From IMG/VR virus record IMGVR_UViG_3300019850_000208, positions 44,575 to 108,574 of that record: a DNA stretch of 64,000 bases. One strand, written 5' to 3'. This document shows, piece after piece, positions 8,671 to 17,904 of the stretch (the first letter of the stretch is position 1; each line of letters begins with the position of its first letter). This DNA comes from a virus. The notes under the pieces were generated by a model that had not been told where the DNA came from, made no database searches, and worked only from the letters and a program-made list of their open reading frames with translations. Both the position numbers and the translations under genes were made by a program.

Positions 8671-10368
8671 TTAATACTTTATAATAAAATTAACCCCTAC
8701 ATTATTAGGCCTTGTTTCATTTGACGTTCTCGGAGTTCCATTTGCTCCGTCGGTTATAATGTTCCTTGCTTCTATATGCTCAAATGTACCCGAAACCTCA
8801 GTATAACTATATGCATCTCCGTCCGTTGTACCAGGATCACCTATTATAAAGGTAGCTCTATCGCTTTTCAATTCATGCCAATGCCCCTGAAAACTATCAT
8901 CTTCTGCGGTTCCTAATACTGTTGTATGATTTTGTGTAAATTTCGTAGAAGTTCCAACGCCTCTTGGGAATGCCCCTCTCATATCGGGTACATTAAAAGT
9001 TGTTGAGCCGTCTCCTGTCCCATAAGTTGTTCCTATGACAGCAAACAAAGCAGCATAAGTTGTCCTGCTAACTGCTGCACCATTACAAAGAAGCCATCCT
9101 GTTGGAGCTGTTGCTGCCCCATACATTGTGATTGCACCTATTATAATAAGGTCATATACAGCATCTGCACTGGGAGCATGAGTAGTATCACCATCAGTTA
9201 TATTCTGTGTAATAAAACTACTATAATCATTTTTAGTAGCTTCGCCAACATTGATATCAATTTCGGTGGTGGATTTGGCTACCCCAAGCCATACTCTATA
9301 TTCATCAGAGGATATTAAATCCGTATCCTGAATTATAGCTCCACTGTCGCCAAGAAATACTGGATCTCCAGCCGTCAATCCAGTAAAGCCATCCAAAAGG
9401 CCAGATCCCTGAACCGTAACATTATGTGATGAACTCGCCGCGGCAGTTGAAATTCCTATAACTTCTATTTTAGAACTATAGCGCTTATCGGCGGCTACAG
9501 CCTGATCTATGGTGCTGTTTTTGGCGCAAACTTTATAGGCGCCGATGCTTTCTCCAGCGGTATATGTTTTACTAGAAGTTCCTGATGAACCAGATGCTGT
9601 ATAATCCCTGGCTTTGCGTATAACTACAATGTCACCATTGACCAGGCCATTATTAAAAGCTATTTGGCCATCTGCAGTTTCCTGATAGTCATTACCTGAT
9701 CCTTCCAGCATCAAAAGACCATTTTTGAATACATCCACTTCTTGATTGCCATGAGTAAATGAAAATGTAGTGTTGAACACAGTTTGACTGGCTGTTGCCG
9801 TAAAACTCTCTACCTCACCATAAAAATTATTATTTGGATTGCCTATTATGAATGATACATCATCGCCTGCGACGACTGTGTATTCGAATGTTACTGTGTG
9901 CTCATCAGTTTCAGTATAATCATAGCCTGCGCCATTTTTCATCAAAAGACCATTTTTATACACGCGTAGGTTATCCGTGCCGGGCACATAATCATGACTC
10001 AAAGTAAAGGTGGTTTGTCCAGGTCCTGAGGAAACAACATAATCTTCGCGAATTGTGTTTACAACATTTCCAGAAAATGATACAGCATTCCATTCAGATG
10101 CTGAAGAATCCCACTGGTAAAACTCTTCTCGATTATTGACAAATCTTATATCATTATCAGAATTCCCGGTTGCAGGCAAATCACTATAAGCATCAACACT
10201 GCCCTTAAGACTGCCCAATGAATCGCTAATCCAACCGGTAACGCTATTGATTTTAGATTGAGCTATATCTGCGCCGGAATTTACATCAGCATTCTTTATA
10301 GTTCCGTCTTTTATGTCTACAGATTCAACTGAATCATCTCTAATTTGAGAACCTTTGATTCCAGGCAT
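8671..10368 (-). CDS. Tail fibre protein with VFxNG modules and C-terminal tail-collar domain
   Basis: GAITMY...PTGWLLCNGAAVSRTTYAALFAVIGTTYG.GDGSTTFNVPDMRG is the classic phage tail-collar signature; ends ETRPNNVGVNFIIKY. Confidence 0.85.
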   Translation of the reverse strand: MPGIKGSQIRDDSVESVDIKDGTIKNADVNSGADIAQSKINSVTGWISDSLGSLKGSVDAYSDLPATGNSDNDIRFVNNREEFYQWDSSASEWNAVSFSGNVVNTIREDYVVSSGPGQTTFTLSHDYVPGTDNLRVYKNGLLMKNGAGYDYTETDEHTVTFEYTVVAGDDVSFIIGNPNNNFYGEVESFTATASQTVFNTTFSFTHGNQEVDVFKNGLLMLEGSGNDYQETADGQIAFNNGLVNGDIVVIRKARDYTASGSSGTSSKTYTAGESIGAYKVCAKNSTIDQAVAADKRYSSKIEVIGISTAAASSSHNVTVQGSGLLDGFTGLTAGDPVFLGDSGAIIQDTDLISSDEYRVWLGVAKSTTEIDINVGEATKNDYSSFITQNITDGDTTHAPSADAVYDLIIIGAITMYGAATAPTGWLLCNGAAVSRTTYAALFAVIGTTYGTGDGSTTFNVPDMRGAFPRGVGTSTKFTQNHTTVLGTAEDDSFQGHWHELKSDRATFIIGDPGTTDGDAYSYTEVSGTFEHIEARNIITDGANGTPRTSNETRPNNVGVNFIIKY

Positions 10369-10369
10369 A

Positions 10370-10636
10370 TTATTTTCCTATTATTGCTTTAATAACTGGT
10401 TCAAGATGCATTTCATATTCAAAACACAGCTTTACGAAAAGCCGTCTGTTTTTATCTGGTGTATGCAATATCTTAAAAGACCTCAGGTTTCTTGTGATTG
10501 GGTTATCTGTTTTGATTATACCAGATACCATAGCTAGGTCATTTTTAAAAAATACATAACCTATAATATTTACCACATCATTAGAGTGTAACTTTTGCAA
10601 ATGTTCTACTTTCATTTCAATGTTTTTAGTATTCAC
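10370..10636 (-). CDS. Small hypothetical protein inserted in the fibre cluster
   Basis: 88 aa; GTG start with GAGG RBS; ends EPVIKAIIGK. Confidence 0.6.
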   Translation of the reverse strand: MNTKNIEMKVEHLQKLHSNDVVNIIGYVFFKNDLAMVSGIIKTDNPITRNLRSFKILHTPDKNRRLFVKLCFEYEMHLEPVIKAIIGK

Positions 10637-10646
10637 TCTTTGTTCC

Positions 10647-11681
10647 TCAGTATTGATGTCTAACTTCTATATTGGGATTGTCACCAGGTACAATCCAGCC
10701 ACTATTAAACACTATATGAAATGTACCATATTGATTGAATGGCACATTATTATACATGCCTATAAATGTGGCTATTATATATCCATTACCACTGGTCCAT
10801 GGAACGCCAGACTGATTCCCGGCTCTTTCGCCTTCATTAAAATTGCTAATAAGATCCAAAGTATCTATTAAAATATTATTCTTATATAAGTATAATGCCC
10901 CTTTATCTGCTGGCCCAAAATCTATATTCCCAGAATTGACTGGTAATGAGTTTATAATGCCATTATGAGCGTCTCCTGGACTATAATCTACGAAATATGT
11001 TCCAGAACCACTATAGTCGGACAAGAATCCGTTATAGACAGGCGATATTGGAATATCTCCAGATAGTGGATCATGTCCTGGTGGCAGCAATTTAGCGGCT
11101 AAGCTGGCGTGTATATCAATCCAGTCACTTTGACTTTGATCCCATCTAAAGACGTCATTTGTATCTTTTGTCAGTCTAACGTGTCCATCTATATTGCCAG
11201 TTAATGGCAAATCTCCTTCAGAGCTTACAGGCGCCAACCACCATGAACCACCGCCCCCGCCGCCAGATATTGTTTGCCATACCGAATATTCACCATTCCA
11301 ACGGTATATGGTATTAAGTTCTAATACAAGTCTTGCTTCTCCATTCAGATTGCCAGTTAATGGCAGATCGCCATATGCCTCTACCGGCTCCCCCCAGTAA
11401 TTTCCTATAACTGGAAGCCAATCGCCAATAAATACTGGGTTGCCAAATTGATCGAATCCAGCTTCCTCAACCCAAATCCATACTTTTTTATTGTCTAATG
11501 TCAGTCGTGCATCGCCATGCTTATTTCCTGATAAAGGCAGCTCGTCAAATGCGGATACTGGTTGTAGCCAATATGTTTGATCTTTGCGGTAGTAGCGATC
11601 ATCGTGCACTTTCGGCGGATGAACATTGCTAACGGCTGTAAATCGTCCATATTCGTCGACTATTACATAACGTACTGACAT
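10647..11681 (-). CDS. Virion structural protein with three W-x2-PV...LP..GN..G repeats (related to 760-2634)
   Basis: HDDRYY, three repeats and an ISGGGGG linker shared with 760-2634. Confidence 0.75.
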   Translation of the reverse strand: MSVRYVIVDEYGRFTAVSNVHPPKVHDDRYYRKDQTYWLQPVSAFDELPLSGNKHGDARLTLDNKKVWIWVEEAGFDQFGNPVFIGDWLPVIGNYWGEPVEAYGDLPLTGNLNGEARLVLELNTIYRWNGEYSVWQTISGGGGGGSWWLAPVSSEGDLPLTGNIDGHVRLTKDTNDVFRWDQSQSDWIDIHASLAAKLLPPGHDPLSGDIPISPVYNGFLSDYSGSGTYFVDYSPGDAHNGIINSLPVNSGNIDFGPADKGALYLYKNNILIDTLDLISNFNEGERAGNQSGVPWTSGNGYIIATFIGMYNNVPFNQYGTFHIVFNSGWIVPGDNPNIEVRHQY

Positions 11682-11691
11682 TTATTCCTTC

Positions 11692-11967
11692 TTAATGTAT
11701 TATATCAAAAGCATGTTTAATAACAAATTTTTTGTTTTTACCAGTTTTGAGATGGTTTGCGTGAATCTCAAACTCCTGATCCTGGCCTGCGACAGTCGGG
11801 CGGTTAATGTCGCTAATTGTTTTAACAATCCATGAATTCCACCATTTATTGGCGGAAGATGATGACAATAGCTTTAGTAGTTTAACAACAGAAATATTAT
11901 ACCTATCATAGCCCCACTGAACAGCAGCTACTCTCACATCACCTACTCGTGGTTTGTTAAGTTTCAT
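11692..11967 (-). CDS. Small hypothetical protein
   Basis: 91 aa; ATGA overlap with the upstream gene; ends KKFVIKHAFDIIH. Confidence 0.6.
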   Translation of the reverse strand: MKLNKPRVGDVRVAAVQWGYDRYNISVVKLLKLLSSSSANKWWNSWIVKTISDINRPTVAGQDQEFEIHANHLKTGKNKKFVIKHAFDIIH

Positions 11968-12314
11968 AGCTGCATATCTCCGAATAATTTCATTATAAAT
12001 TGCTGCTTCTTTATAAGTTCAAGTGCCAATTCTACCCATAAGCCTGCCAACTTGCTGCTGCCGCCTATATGCCAATCTCTTATGTTCTCTGTTTCCAAAC
12101 CCTCATCTCCAAGGTAGTTTTTGCCGGTTTTATAATTATAGATAGTGGCCACCATATCGCCGGGAAATTTTAGATCCCATTCGGCATCTGTCTTAAAACC
12201 GTCGCTGAAGTGTGGCTCTCCAAATGTGCCTACCAGCTTTTTATAACTTATGTCTATTTCATCTTTAAGACCTGTCCTAGCAATATTAGTAGTTTTGCCC
12301 CAAAATTTTTTCAT
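11964..12314 (-). CDS. Hypothetical phage protein
   Basis: SY..LV..FGEP...DG.KTDAEW...ATIYNYK...WHIGG is a pattern I recall from many phage hypotheticals; extra C-terminal KKQQFIMKLF tail. Confidence 0.7.
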   Translation of the reverse strand: MKKFWGKTTNIARTGLKDEIDISYKKLVGTFGEPHFSDGFKTDAEWDLKFPGDMVATIYNYKTGKNYLGDEGLETENIRDWHIGGSSKLAGLWVELALELIKKQQFIMKLFGDMQL

Positions 12315-12877
12315 TCTGGATGTCTTCCTCTTTTTAGTTTCGTGCGCCGCATGCCAAGATATGCGCCAATAAATCTTAATACTTTTGATCTTCCAATATC
12401 GGCCGGACTCTCTTGGCCTTCAGTTTTATTTGGTATTAAATCGATTCCAACCTTTTTATATGCTCTACTCACTAGCTCACTGCAGATTTTAGCCTCTTTT
12501 TCAACAAAAGGATTTCTCCATTTATCCGGCAATAACGCCATAAGTGGAAACAAAAATAACATTATATAATTATAAGATTCTCCTACATGATTCATAACTT
12601 CCGAGCATATTTTTTCGGCCTTATCATCGGATAAATTTGGATATCTAAGAATATCAATTCTATAAAACCTTTGAGCTGTTTGTTTTAATGTTCTCACTCT
12701 AACACCCTTGCCGAATTTATTAGTAGCATCCACAATGCCTCCGCCGCCGATATAGACTGCGGCATGAGAATAAATGCTTTTTGTGAATTTTTCAATCAGT
12801 TTTCCCAAAATCGTATTATTGCACGTGACTAAGATATCCGCGCGTTTAAGATCTCTAACTAAATCGTATCTGTTCAT
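12311..12877 (-). CDS. Permuted papain-like NlpC/P60 amidase (YiiX/YebB-like)
   Basis: His-before-Cys order: YSHAAVYIG...CSELVSRAY...SPADI. Confidence 0.85.
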   Translation of the reverse strand: MNRYDLVRDLKRADILVTCNNTILGKLIEKFTKSIYSHAAVYIGGGGIVDATNKFGKGVRVRTLKQTAQRFYRIDILRYPNLSDDKAEKICSEVMNHVGESYNYIMLFLFPLMALLPDKWRNPFVEKEAKICSELVSRAYKKVGIDLIPNKTEGQESPADIGRSKVLRFIGAYLGMRRTKLKRGRHPE

Positions 12878-12911
12878 GATTTTGTTCTCCCCCTTTATTG
12901 ATACTATTACA

Positions 12912-15242
12912 TCAGTCTGTAGAGTGTCCTCCTTCGCACCATCTCGTATAGTAAGGAGTTAAATTGATTACTGAGATGTTGCCTCCATTTGAGTCCAGAG
13001 AGCCATCTCTTTCAATTCCTATCCAAAGCATGTCGCCAGTGCCGCCACTTCTTCTGGAAATCATGTCGCGTATATTAATTTGGATATTTACTGTAACTTG
13101 GGTCTCTGATAATGGGACATCGACTATTTTTGTGATAGAAACTTCTGATGGAGCCGTTGCCGGGGCGGCAGAAGTGCTAGTATACACACCATCTCCGTCA
13201 GCTGTTTTTGCTATCTTGGCCACCCATCTTACAGTTCCGCCCGCAGACGATGATATAAATCGTAAGCTTAAATTAATAGGACAGCTTGTATCTAAATCAA
13301 ATGGCAGATTGGTTACAAATCCGACTTTGTCTAGTGCACCTTTAGAGAATGAATTTTCAATTCGTCCTACGCTCAAGTCATCAGACACATAAAGTTCTTG
13401 ATTATCTGGACTGTTTTGACCAGCCGCCTCTGTGAGACCCCAATCCCAGGCTAATCTACCTACAGGCCTGGCATTTCCAAAATACTCTATCCAACCATCC
13501 CCATTTACTTTTGCTCTATTTGTATGTATTTTAATATATTGAATTGTGGCGCCGGTAGTAATAGCAGATACAACTCTGAATCTTAACCAGTATGTGCTGT
13601 TTCCAGTGCCAAGAGGGTTGTTTTTTTGCCAATTGTGATTTGATTCATAATTACTGAATCTTATATTCGATAGACCAGTAGTTTCAAAACTATGACCATC
13701 GGAAGGAAAATATGCCGGCTCTGCCTGAGTGACCATTTCATTGATGTTTGCCCAACTGCTTCCATTCCAGTATTCCCATATAGCGTATCCACCTCCATTG
13801 ACTAAAGCGCTGGACACATCAGTATAAATTCCAAAAAATTTGGAGTAATCGGATGTTGTTGAATTGATTAAATCCCATGTAATATAGATTGCGTCATCAA
13901 CATCGGTTCCCATTGTAAATGTTGAACCGCTCGGGCTGGCAGCTATAATAGTCATATCAGTGAATGCGGCATTGTCGTAATTATATATCCTCATGCCTCT
14001 GACTGTCGGGAATCCTTCCCCTAGACATGTATCATATCCCTTTTCAGCTATCCCTACATTTAATGTCTTCGCAAAGTGATGTCCTGGATTGTCCTCTTGA
14101 AGACTAACAAAATCGACAGTTATGTTGCTCCAGTCGACTACACTAATTTTTCTCACATCAAGAGTGCTGCTTGTTAATGCGACAATTCCAGTACTGTCTT
14201 CTTGAAAGATATCATAAGTTGAAATATTACCAGAAAATACATTGTCACCTTTAATTTCTCCATTTGTTCTCGCTCTAATTGTGTAAGTGGCAGTTTTCAC
14301 ACCAATATCGGCGCATGAAATGCTACCTCCATTTTCAGCAAATAATCCGTTAGTTGTATTACTCATTATAATGGATTGACCAGATTGAATTACCACATTG
14401 GCTCCATCTGCGTGAAAAACAGATGTAATATTAGAAGTCATTGATGCTACAACATGCACAGTGGCCATAGCACCAGCTGTAACATATACCAAATTGGAAA
14501 TTACATTTGCACCGGTGGTTGAACCCTCCAGTTCTGAACAGTTTACAGCCGCATATGCGTTGCTGACTATTATACCATTCTGGCAATTCTTAATTTTAAT
14601 ATCAACTATGTTAGCATATCCAGGAGTATTCATCAGAAACCCGGCCGCACCTGTTGCTCCTTCTAATGTAAAGTATCTCAAAGAAGAAGCATTAATTCCA
14701 TTAATAAGATCTTGATTCGTATTAAGAGCTTTTATTGTATTGGCTATTGTTCCTCCAGAGCCTCTTAAACTAACATATGATTTTAAATTTACAGGATTGT
14801 CCTCTGTATATATTCCAGGGGATACTATGATAGTATATGGATTTATAGAACTCGCATCGGTAATGGTTGATAAAGCATGTTTAATTGTGGCGTAAGGCCT
14901 GCTTACTGTGCCATTGCCGGTAATATCGCTGCCCTCTATGGTAACATATACTATTTTTGGGAGGCTCGCTGCTAATGTTATATTGACCCATGTGGCGCCA
15001 TCCCACACATACATATTACTCTCATTAGTATTCCAAAATATTTGGCCTTCTTGTGGCCCGGTTGGAGGCAATAAGTCTTTGGGCAGAATTATTTGACTGT
15101 TTGAGAAATCCATAGTGCCTGAAAAATCAAATTCTGCATTTTCTAAATATTCAAGGGATATACCGTCGGTAGGATTTTCTGGTGGGGGCATATTGATGAT
15201 ACGACTTGCCCCCTGCAAATCTATATTTCCTCGCCATTTCAT
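12912..15242 (-). CDS. Tailspike-like protein with pectin-lyase-type beta-helix
   Basis: YVTIEGSD.TGNGT..RPYATI..AL...VSPGIYTE beta-helix cap followed by an N/G/I-rich solenoid; N-terminal GQIFWNT...YVWDG module. Confidence 0.7.
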   Translation of the reverse strand: MKWRGNIDLQGASRIINMPPPENPTDGISLEYLENAEFDFSGTMDFSNSQIILPKDLLPPTGPQEGQIFWNTNESNMYVWDGATWVNITLAASLPKIVYVTIEGSDITGNGTVSRPYATIKHALSTITDASSINPYTIIVSPGIYTEDNPVNLKSYVSLRGSGGTIANTIKALNTNQDLINGINASSLRYFTLEGATGAAGFLMNTPGYANIVDIKIKNCQNGIIVSNAYAAVNCSELEGSTTGANVISNLVYVTAGAMATVHVVASMTSNITSVFHADGANVVIQSGQSIIMSNTTNGLFAENGGSISCADIGVKTATYTIRARTNGEIKGDNVFSGNISTYDIFQEDSTGIVALTSSTLDVRKISVVDWSNITVDFVSLQEDNPGHHFAKTLNVGIAEKGYDTCLGEGFPTVRGMRIYNYDNAAFTDMTIIAASPSGSTFTMGTDVDDAIYITWDLINSTTSDYSKFFGIYTDVSSALVNGGGYAIWEYWNGSSWANINEMVTQAEPAYFPSDGHSFETTGLSNIRFSNYESNHNWQKNNPLGTGNSTYWLRFRVVSAITTGATIQYIKIHTNRAKVNGDGWIEYFGNARPVGRLAWDWGLTEAAGQNSPDNQELYVSDDLSVGRIENSFSKGALDKVGFVTNLPFDLDTSCPINLSLRFISSSAGGTVRWVAKIAKTADGDGVYTSTSAAPATAPSEVSITKIVDVPLSETQVTVNIQINIRDMISRRSGGTGDMLWIGIERDGSLDSNGGNISVINLTPYYTRWCEGGHSTD

Positions 15243-15254
15243 AGGGCTTTCTCC

Positions 15255-15314
15255 TGATCGTTAGTAGGAAGGCATTATTCGATCATATATTACGGCCGAA
15301 AGCCGCATTGCCTT
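15255..15314 (-). other. Candidate structured 5' leader (pseudoknot with nested hairpin) abutting the RBS
   Basis: Minus strand: AAGGCA/TGCCTT (6 bp), GCGGC-TTTCG-GCCGT hairpin, TGATCG/CGATCA (6 bp, crossing), then immediately GGAG. Confidence 0.4.
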
Positions 15315-15317
15315 GAA

Positions 15318-15367
15318 AATATCTTGTCGTTAAATATTAAAAAGATATTGTTTTTTGCCAAGATAAA
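15318..15367. promoter_or_regulatory. Divergent promoter region with AAGATATT/AAGATAAA variants on both strands
   Basis: Minus AAGATATT 15318-15325; plus AAGATATT 15342-15349 and AAGATAAA 15360-15367; lies between divergent genes. Confidence 0.45.
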
Positions 15368-15392
15368 GTTAGTATATAGAAGGAGCGAATGA

Positions 15393-15896
15393 GTGTCGAC
15401 TTCAGGAGCTTTTGGATTTCGAGAGAATGGAAAAGAATATTTCAACTATGTGAATTTTGATGCTAATCCAGGCGCATTCATTCCAAACATTAAGTTTTTG
15501 GTTTATGCTTTTGGATGGCCAAAGTTCAAACAAGAGATGCAAAAGGTTAAGTGCTATAGGTCGATTTGTTTTGTCGGTGCCATTATTGACTATATAGGTC
15601 AAGGTTCCGATCGAAAATTAAAACTGCATCTGCCTGAATTTTGGCGTCAATTAAGGCTTATAAAGCAGCGCAAACTCGGAGAATATTCGCCGCAATCAGA
15701 CTATTGTAAATCATTGCCTGGGTCCTTGAAGAAAATGAAGCGTGAAATGGATTTGCAATATATCTATGCAATAAACAAGAATTCAATACGTTATAATGAC
15801 GTTGTTTATGCTAGACAGGACAAGACAGTCCCACTTGCTCCCGATGAAGAAATGAAAAAAACATGGATATTGGGAAGATTACTGGAGTTGGGTTAA
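15393..15896 (+). CDS. Hypothetical protein; only well-supported plus-strand gene
   Basis: GTG start, AAGGAG RBS; fills a gap between minus-strand genes; N-terminus MSTSGAFGF...Y...DANP resembles a phage MSTR..IG...Y.H.DGYP family. Confidence 0.75.
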   Translation: MSTSGAFGFRENGKEYFNYVNFDANPGAFIPNIKFLVYAFGWPKFKQEMQKVKCYRSICFVGAIIDYIGQGSDRKLKLHLPEFWRQLRLIKQRKLGEYSPQSDYCKSLPGSLKKMKREMDLQYIYAINKNSIRYNDVVYARQDKTVPLAPDEEMKKTWILGRLLELG

Positions 15897-15924
15897 ATAT
15901 CCGGCCAGCATTTGGTTACGAAAG

Positions 15925-16101
15925 TTATTTTTTCTTGAATATTTTTTTTACAAAAGCAAATGCCTTTTTTATTCCTGCGATAATCTTATTGCCGAGTGTT
16001 ACAAATTGCTGTGGATTAAGTTTTCCTGTTGCGAACAATACAGAAATAACACCGACAACAATGGCAATACCTATAATTTTCCAAATTAACCATGCAATCA
16101 T
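15925..16101 (-). CDS. Small membrane protein (one TM segment plus basic amphipathic tail; holin-like)
   Basis: Below the ORF-track cutoff. Hand translation MIAWLIWKIIGIAIVVGVISVLFATGKLNPQQFVTLGNKIIAGIKKAFAFVKKIFKKK (58 aa); AAGGAG RBS. Confidence 0.8.
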   Translation of the reverse strand: MIAWLIWKIIGIAIVVGVISVLFATGKLNPQQFVTLGNKIIAGIKKAFAFVKKIFKKK

Positions 16102-16114
16102 AGTTTCTCTCCTT

Positions 16115-16429
16115 TTAAGCTACTACAACAATTTTTCCATCAAACATTGAGCCACCAACTTGTCTAGCCCACACTCTTGCTGTTGCTCTGTCTAAATTAC
16201 CGGAGTCAAAGAACACTCTTATTCTTTCAGGAAATATTTCATCAAAATCATTTGCGGCGTTTTCTTCATATAATCCAACCAAGGCATTAGTTGTGTGTAA
16301 TACCAAGCTAACCTCATACACGAAATCAATGTAGTAGAGACTGCCATTATCATGGATCCAATCGGAAGCTGTGAATGATAGTGTAGCTTTATTACCGCCT
16401 GTTAGTCTTTTTGTAAATGCTATATTCAT
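16115..16429 (-). CDS. Small virion structural protein (hypothetical)
   Basis: 104 aa; beta-rich, LSFTASDW...FDGKIVV; coupled to the upstream gene. Confidence 0.65.
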   Translation of the reverse strand: MNIAFTKRLTGGNKATLSFTASDWIHDNGSLYYIDFVYEVSLVLHTTNALVGLYEENAANDFDEIFPERIRVFFDSGNLDRATARVWARQVGGSMFDGKIVVVA

Positions 16430-16827
16430 GGCGTCGCATACTCATTTTTCGAAGTTAGTGTTATTTTAACTGTAATATCTTCTGAACTCATATTTTTAAT
16501 ATATATTTTCCTAAATTTGAAATTACTTAGCGCTAAATTAATTTCATTAGGAAATAATGGTATCTTATCATATTTATTCGGATTATGGAACTGTACATAA
16601 ATTGGTTCCAGCCGATCAACAGATGAATCTGTTCTTATATTGACATTTTCCCACATTATATTAGTATCAGCATACAAATTAGTAAATACATCATATAAAG
16701 ATTGCGGGTGCACCGTGAATTCGTAGCTGTGATATACATTCCCAAATTCCACGCCCCTGACAACTGCGAATGGAACCTCTTTTTTGATAAATAAAACACC
16801 AGCATTATCATCAACCCATAAAATCAT
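16426..16827 (-). CDS. Hypothetical protein, paralogue of 22496-22822
   Basis: YVQFH...DKIP...NE..L.L.NFKFR.I.I.N shared with 22496-22822. Confidence 0.7.
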   Translation of the reverse strand: MILWVDDNAGVLFIKKEVPFAVVRGVEFGNVYHSYEFTVHPQSLYDVFTNLYADTNIMWENVNIRTDSSVDRLEPIYVQFHNPNKYDKIPLFPNEINLALSNFKFRKIYIKNMSSEDITVKITLTSKNEYATP

Positions 16828-17606
16828 TATACAATCCTTCTGCCTCCGTTAGCAAGATCATATTGTCTCCATAGTGTTGTTTTATCCTCTTTATATATAT
16901 TAATTATATTTCCATCTTTTGTTACATCATTTGCCAATAGTCTTTCTATTATCTGTACCCACTCCCCCATTGTACCTATCTGTAGGTGTCCAGACTTAAG
17001 AGCATTCCAAACAGAGTTTGCTACCTCATCATAATCAATAGCAGAATCTACTATTTGCTGGAATAAAGCGCCAAAGGAGCCGGAGTTATCATGTTCATCA
17101 ACTTGTTCGTCATAGACCTGATCGGCAATTTCCTCTTTGCTGGCGGTTTTATTCTGTAAATAGCCCATAGTGCCAGGCGCATTATGGGTTGGCCCGGCCG
17201 CATCCCATACCTGTGTGCCCACAGACGTAATGGCAATAGCGATGGCATCAATAGATCTTTGGATAATAACATTAACTGTATAATCTCCCAATGTCGGAAC
17301 AGCTAAAGGCTCTGGCGGGTCTTCATTAGAATATAAATTTCCTTGCAGCAGAAGCTCATGATCGGCTTCATAGGGACGAATTCTCCATCCACTTTTAAGA
17401 AAGTATTTAGAGCCGGAATATTTTCCTTCACCAATAGCATCGCCGCCAGTAGTTCGCCACGGAAATTCATATTTACGTAATTCCGAATCTGCCAGCCAGT
17501 CTTCTTTCATATCAGAGTAAAGATCTACTTTGACATCTAAAGACGTGATCCCACTCTTTACTATAATAAGTTTATTCACCGGATCTATTGTTATTTTCGC
17601 TGCCAT
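16827..17606 (-). CDS. Virion structural protein with three V(W/Y)-x6-H-x3-G(T/S)(M/F)G repeats
   Basis: QVWDAAGPTHNAPGTMG / QVYDEQVDEHDNSGSFG / SVWNALKSGHLQIGTMG. Confidence 0.7.
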   Translation of the reverse strand: MAAKITIDPVNKLIIVKSGITSLDVKVDLYSDMKEDWLADSELRKYEFPWRTTGGDAIGEGKYSGSKYFLKSGWRIRPYEADHELLLQGNLYSNEDPPEPLAVPTLGDYTVNVIIQRSIDAIAIAITSVGTQVWDAAGPTHNAPGTMGYLQNKTASKEEIADQVYDEQVDEHDNSGSFGALFQQIVDSAIDYDEVANSVWNALKSGHLQIGTMGEWVQIIERLLANDVTKDGNIINIYKEDKTTLWRQYDLANGGRRIV

Positions 17607-17889
17607 TATTCTTCAGCTCCGTTGCTGGTAATGGTGATACATTTCTTTTCAGTTTTGCTTCCCATTGTTCCCATACACTAAAGTATCGTTCAACCACTAC
17701 TAATGGTTGAGTAAGAGATACATCCCATGATTTCGCGAATTCGCGCCAACCTCGGAACTCCTCCTGGTGTTCCATACACCTCTTGAGACCTCTGGGAGCA
17801 CCTTTAGAACTAGTGCCATCATTAATCTCGGTCTGAAATCTAAAACACCAATAGCGTACATCTCTCCTGGAAAGATCTGATAACACCAT
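17572..17889 (-). CDS. Hypothetical protein
   Basis: 105 aa; AAGGAG RBS; overlaps the next gene. Confidence 0.65.
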   Translation of the reverse strand: MVLSDLSRRDVRYWCFRFQTEINDGTSSKGAPRGLKRCMEHQEEFRGWREFAKSWDVSLTQPLVVVERYFSVWEQWEAKLKRNVSPLPATELKNNGSENNNRSGE

Positions 17890-17904
17890 ATTATTATCTC
17901 CTTA

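Noticed and set aside
4142-10368. Invertible tail-fibre shufflon
   Set aside because: All cassettes are co-oriented; no inverted crossover sites or recombinase gene were seen.
15255-15314. Fluoride riboswitch or HDV-like ribozyme
   Set aside because: GGCAATG...TAATG...CCTAC superficially recalls the crcB motif, but its pairings do not form. The plus-strand topology lacks the HDV P3/L3 element. Kept only as an unassigned structure.
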